From the NCBI GenBank assembly GCA_963707505.1, contig CAVPQB010000004.1, positions 480,001 through 544,000 on the forward strand: a stretch of 64,000 bases of DNA. The letters are read 5' to 3'. This stretch comes from an uncultured Gemmatimonadales bacterium. GTDB taxonomy: Bacteria > Gemmatimonadota > Gemmatimonadetes > Gemmatimonadales > Gemmatimonadaceae. Below the pieces are notes generated by a model. That model was given only the letters and a program-made list of their open reading frames with translations. It searched no databases and was not told where the DNA came from. Shown piece after piece: positions 59,926 to 64,000 of this stretch. A program made the position numbers and the translations under genes. How positions within the stretch are numbered: the first letter of the stretch is position 1; each line of letters opens with the position of its first letter.

Positions 59926-62364
59926 ATGGCAACTCGAAAGACGGCGGCGAAAAGCGCCGGAACAAAAAAGAAGACCGTGGCAAAGACGGCGGTCCGAAAG
60001 ACCGCGCGCAAGTCGGCCGCCAAGGGTGTCCGCAAGACTGCGGCTGCCGAAGCGGTCGTGTATGATGACGACGTTTCGATGAATGGCGGGGGCAATGGAC
60101 AGGCGCTCGTGATCGTCGAGTCGCCGGCAAAGGCCAAGACTATTGGGAAGTATCTCGGGCGCGGTTACAAGGTGCGCGCGACGATCGGTCACATCCGTGA
60201 TCTTCCTGTGAAGAAGATGGGTATCGACGTCGAAAACAACTTCGAGCCCGAGTACGTCACGATTCCCGGAAAGGAGAAGACGCTCGCGGAGCTCAAGGCC
60301 GCCGCAAAGGAGTCGAGCCAGATCTATCTCGCGACTGACCCTGATCGCGAAGGCGAAGCGATCGCGTGGCATGTTGCGTCGCAGATCCAGCGCAAGGGTG
60401 GTCCGCCGGTCAGGCGCGTGTTGTTCCACGAGATAACGCGTGATGCGGTACGCGCGGCGATCGACAACGCTGGACACATCAACGAGCGTCTCGTGGAGGC
60501 GCAGCTCGCGCGCCGCATGCTCGACCGCCTGGTCGGTTACAAGGCGAGCCCGATGTTGTGGAAGACTGTGAAGAAGGGCGCATCTGCGGGCCGCGTGCAG
60601 ACTGTCGCATTGCGACTCATCGTCGAGCGCGAGCGCGAGATTCGTGCATTCAAGCCTGTCGAGTACTGGACGATCGCGGCGTTGCTGGAGAAGGACCGTC
60701 AGGAGTTCACGGCAAAGTTGCACCACGTCGAAGGAAAGAAGCCGGAGATATCCAACGCGGCGGAAGCTCAGCGCATTCTTGACGACATCGGTGGACTCAA
60801 GACGTTCCCCGTAACGGAGGTCAAGCGACGCGAGCGTCGCAAGAACCCGTACGCACCGTTCACGACCAGCACACTGCAACAGGAAGCGGCAAAGCGGCTT
60901 GGCTTCGGCTCCAAGCGGACGATGCGACTGGCGCAGGATCTGTACGAAGGCATCGAGATTGGCGCCGAAGGGGCGGTTGGTCTCATCACATACATGCGTA
61001 CCGATTCGACGCGTGTCGCGGAGTCGGCTGCGACTGCAGCGCGCGATTATCTGAGGACACTGTTCGGGGAGGAGTTCCTCGCGCGCGGTGGTCCGCAGCT
61101 CTATGGCGATAGCAAGAGCAAGAACACCCAGGATGCGCACGAAGCCGTGCGTCCCACTGATCCGACACGTCGTCCGGATGCCATCAAGCGTTATCTGAAG
61201 GATGACCAGTTCAAGCTTTACGAGCTGGTATGGAAGCGGTTCATGGCGTCGCAGATGGCGCCGGCCGTGTTCGATACGACGACCGTGAATTTCGATCTCG
61301 GGCGGTATGTGTTCCGCGCGACCGGGAGCGTCATGAAGTTCGCGGGCTACCAGGCGCTTTACCAGGAAGCACGCGAAGCCGGCGACGGCAAGGCGCTCGA
61401 AGACGAGCAGGCGCTGCCGGCGATGTCGGAAGGCGAGAACATTCCGGTCAAGCGCATCGAGCCCACGCAGCACTTCACGGAGCCGCCTCCGCGATTTTCG
61501 GAAGCAAGTCTGGTGAAGGAGCTGGAGCGACTCGGCATTGGTCGTCCCTCGACTTACGCATCGATCATCTCGACGCTTGCGGAGCGGCGTTACGTTCTCC
61601 TGGAGCAGCGTCGCTTCTTTCCGACGGGTCTCGGAGAGCAGGTAGAGCGCGTGATGGTGAAGAGTCTGCCTGACATATTCAACGTCCAGTTCACGTCGAA
61701 CATGGAAAGCGACCTCGACAAGGTAGAGGACGGCAGCGTCGATTGGCACGAGATGCTCAGCGCGTTCTACGGACCGTTCGCAGATCAGGTCAAGCATGCG
61801 GACGTGGAGGGACTGATCGCGACTGCTCACGACCTGTCGGAGTTCGAAGGGCAAAAGTGTCCTGATTGTGGCGGCAAGCTCGTCCCACGCGGTGGATTCT
61901 TTGGCCCGTTCATGGCGTGCGAAAACCACCCCAAGACGTGCAAGTTCACTCGCCCGCTTCGCGGTGAGAAGAAAGTTGCGCGCGCGACGGATGAGGTCTG
62001 TCACGAATGCGGTGCCCCGATGGTGGTTCGAACCGGTCGCAGCGGCGAGTTTCTGGGTTGCAGCAAGTTCCCGAAATGTCGCGGCACTCGCTCCATGCCC
62101 ACGGGCGTCAAGTGCCCAAAGTGTGGTGGTGATGTCGCCGTGCGACGGTCCAAGAAACGTGGCAAGGCGTTCTACGGCTGCGCAACATACCCCGCCTGCG
62201 ACTTTGTCGTATGGGACAAGCCGGTCGCGGAGACCTGTCCGGAATGTGGTTTCGTGGGGGCCGAAGCGAAGTCGAGCAAGGCTCGCGGTGAATACCGCCG
62301 CTGCATGAAGTGTCAGAATGAATGGGAGGCCGCTGCTCCGCTGGTGGAGGCCGTCGTTGCATGA
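59926..62364 (+). CDS. topA: DNA topoisomerase I
   Basis: LVIVESPAKAKTI, ATDPDREGE, SAGRVQ, ITYMRTDS, DAHEAVRP, GIGRPSTY; C-terminal Cys4 zinc ribbons. Confidence 0.97.
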   Translation: MATRKTAAKSAGTKKKTVAKTAVRKTARKSAAKGVRKTAAAEAVVYDDDVSMNGGGNGQALVIVESPAKAKTIGKYLGRGYKVRATIGHIRDLPVKKMGIDVENNFEPEYVTIPGKEKTLAELKAAAKESSQIYLATDPDREGEAIAWHVASQIQRKGGPPVRRVLFHEITRDAVRAAIDNAGHINERLVEAQLARRMLDRLVGYKASPMLWKTVKKGASAGRVQTVALRLIVEREREIRAFKPVEYWTIAALLEKDRQEFTAKLHHVEGKKPEISNAAEAQRILDDIGGLKTFPVTEVKRRERRKNPYAPFTTSTLQQEAAKRLGFGSKRTMRLAQDLYEGIEIGAEGAVGLITYMRTDSTRVAESAATAARDYLRTLFGEEFLARGGPQLYGDSKSKNTQDAHEAVRPTDPTRRPDAIKRYLKDDQFKLYELVWKRFMASQMAPAVFDTTTVNFDLGRYVFRATGSVMKFAGYQALYQEAREAGDGKALEDEQALPAMSEGENIPVKRIEPTQHFTEPPPRFSEASLVKELERLGIGRPSTYASIISTLAERRYVLLEQRRFFPTGLGEQVERVMVKSLPDIFNVQFTSNMESDLDKVEDGSVDWHEMLSAFYGPFADQVKHADVEGLIATAHDLSEFEGQKCPDCGGKLVPRGGFFGPFMACENHPKTCKFTRPLRGEKKVARATDEVCHECGAPMVVRTGRSGEFLGCSKFPKCRGTRSMPTGVKCPKCGGDVAVRRSKKRGKAFYGCATYPACDFVVWDKPVAETCPECGFVGAEAKSSKARGEYRRCMKCQNEWEAAAPLVEAVVA

Positions 62365-63712
62365 CGACGTCGTCACCGTCGTCGGTGGCGGCCTCGCCGG
62401 GTCGGAGGCTGCGTGGCAGCTTGCTCAACGCGGACATCGCGTAGAGCTGCATGAGATGCGGCCGGTGCGCCAGACACCGGCGCATCGCACAGACCGATTG
62501 GCGGAGCTGGTCTGCTCCAACACGTTCAAAAGCACGGAGCTGTCCACAGCGCATGGCGCCCTCAAGGCGGAGATGCGCGAGCTGGGCTGCCTCGTGCTCG
62601 AGTGCGCCGACCTCGCGCGTGTTGCGGCCGGCACGGCGCTCGCGGTCGATCGCGATGTATTCGCGGCCGCGGTGACAGAGCGCATTCAGGCGCATCCCCA
62701 TATCACGGTGCTGCGCGACGAGATCGGCGAACTACCCGCTTCTCCCGCTGTGATTGCTACCGGACCGCTGACCGGTGATGTGTTGGCCGAATCGCTGCGG
62801 CGGAGGCTCGGCAGTGACGCGCTTGCGTTCTACGACGCGATTGCGCCGGTTGTGTCGCGCGAGTCGATCGATGAGTCGGTGGTCTTCACCGCATCGCGAT
62901 ACGGCAAGGAGACGATGGACGGCGCCGACAATGAAGGTGCCTATCTCAACTGCCCGATGAGCGAGGACGAGTACAACGTGTTCGCCGACGCGCTGGCCGC
63001 GGCCGATCAGTTCCACGGTCACGAGTTCGACGAAGTTCCGTATTTCTCCGGTTGCATGCCGGTGGAAGAGATGAACTCGCGCGGACGGGAGACGTTGCGC
63101 TTTGGCCCGCTCAAGCCGGTCGGACTTGCGGATCCGCGAACGGGAGTGCGACCGCATGCAGTTGTTCAGCTGCGACGCGAGGATCGCGCTGGACGTCTGT
63201 GGAACCTGGTTGGATTTCAGACGCGTCTGCGCATACCCGAACAGCAGCGTGTGTTTCGCCTGATACCGGGACTCGCGAATGCGGAGTTCCTGCGTTATGG
63301 ATCGATCCACCGCAATTCGTACGTCAATTCGCCGAGCGTGCTGACACCTGCGCTGACGTTACGTGATGACCCGCGGATTTTTCTGGCGGGCCAGATCACC
63401 GGTGTGGAAGGATACACGGAGAGTACAGCTTCCGGATTGCTCGCCGGAATGAATCTCTCACGCGTCATGAACGGCCTTGACCCGATCGTGCCACCCACCA
63501 CCACCATGCTCGGCGCGCTTTACCGATATCTCCGCGAGGCGGATCCACGGCATTTCCAGCCGATGAATGCGAACTTCGGTCTGGTAGACGATCTGGATGA
63601 GCGCATTCGTGACAAGCGCTTGAAGAAGGAGCGCATGGCGGAACGCGCGGTACGCGAAATGCGCGCCTGGCGGGACGAGATGTCGATCGAGCCGGTGGCG
63701 GCGTTGGCGTGA
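62357..63712 (+). CDS. trmFO: Folate/FAD-dependent tRNA m5U54 methyltransferase
   Basis: GGAGG then TTG 62357; GGGLAGSEAAWQ, AELVCSN, FYDAIAP, GQITGVEGY, FQPMNANFG. Confidence 0.96.
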   Translation: MHDDVVTVVGGGLAGSEAAWQLAQRGHRVELHEMRPVRQTPAHRTDRLAELVCSNTFKSTELSTAHGALKAEMRELGCLVLECADLARVAAGTALAVDRDVFAAAVTERIQAHPHITVLRDEIGELPASPAVIATGPLTGDVLAESLRRRLGSDALAFYDAIAPVVSRESIDESVVFTASRYGKETMDGADNEGAYLNCPMSEDEYNVFADALAAADQFHGHEFDEVPYFSGCMPVEEMNSRGRETLRFGPLKPVGLADPRTGVRPHAVVQLRREDRAGRLWNLVGFQTRLRIPEQQRVFRLIPGLANAEFLRYGSIHRNSYVNSPSVLTPALTLRDDPRIFLAGQITGVEGYTESTASGLLAGMNLSRVMNGLDPIVPPTTTMLGALYRYLREADPRHFQPMNANFGLVDDLDERIRDKRLKKERMAERAVREMRAWRDEMSIEPVAALA

Positions 63713-64000
63713 GCGAAGAGATAGATCGGGTCGCGGAGTTTCTCGAGCACATGGAGAAGGAGCGGAACGTATCGCCCAACACCATCAAGGCTTACATGCG
63801 CGACCTTGCCGAGTTCACGGCATACCTGGGCAATTATTACGGTATCGAGAGTTGGTCGTGGCAGGGATTGGATCGACTCGCGATCCGCGGGTTTCTGGCG
63901 CATCTGGTACGGCGCGGAATCAGCAAGCGCTCTGCGGGGCGGTCGCTATCTGCGGTCCGGTCGTTTTACAAATACCTGCACAGAAACGAAATCGTCGAGG
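63709..64000 (+). CDS. xerC: Tyrosine recombinase XerC-like (5' part only)
   Basis: Manual translation from GTG 63709: FLEHMEKERNVSPNTIKAYMRDL...IRGFLAHL...SKRSAGRSLSAVRSFYKYL; topA-trmFO-xerC synteny. Confidence 0.85.
   Translation, partial: MSEEIDRVAEFLEHMEKERNVSPNTIKAYMRDLAEFTAYLGNYYGIESWSWQGLDRLAIRGFLAHLVRRGISKRSAGRSLSAVRSFYKYLHRNEIVE

Noticed and set aside
63709..64000. Tyrosine recombinase as a mobile-element integrase
   Set aside because: The topA-trmFO-xerC context and overlapping start indicate housekeeping XerC.
1..64000. tRNA, rRNA, CRISPR arrays, IS elements, defence systems
   Set aside because: No cloverleaf, regularly spaced repeats, transposase or nuclease motifs were seen by eye; small ncRNAs cannot be excluded without an Infernal/Rfam search.

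Overview
This is a GC-rich bacterial chromosomal segment. Gene content and order best fit Gemmatimonadota, which is an inference rather than a database result. No rRNA, tRNA, CRISPR array, IS or prophage could be supported. From left to right: mlaE-lptG-lptF on the minus strand, head-to-head with a co-directional run of a ~2100-aa SprA-like barrel, a lipoprotein M28 glutaminyl-cyclase-like enzyme, comEA-like, pilB, pilT and pilC. An accessory block of exported proteins follows (Tat amidase, phosphoesterase, PEP-CTERM protein, Ig lipoprotein, M14, S9 and M1 peptidases, MFS pump, ECF sigma/anti-sigma/two HEAT proteins, exported MsrB, small stress-type proteins, Tat-TldD/PmbA, PAP2, orphan usher-like protein, CNNM/CorC). 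Then comes the rest of a type IVa pilus system (pilS/R, sigma54-driven pilA, three minor pilins, pilMNOPQ, a large lipoprotein) and aroC-aroK-smg-like-topA-trmFO-xerC. The most striking signal is that about 10 of about 12 predicted signal peptidase I substrates start with Gln at +1, while a glutaminyl-cyclase-like gene lies directly behind the SprA-like gene. This suggests a Bacteroidota-style pyroglutamate capping and SprA export module linked to type IV pilus/competence genes in a non-Bacteroidota organism. Several genes carry single-base frameshifts that look like long-read consensus errors; the M14 gene has more than 10.
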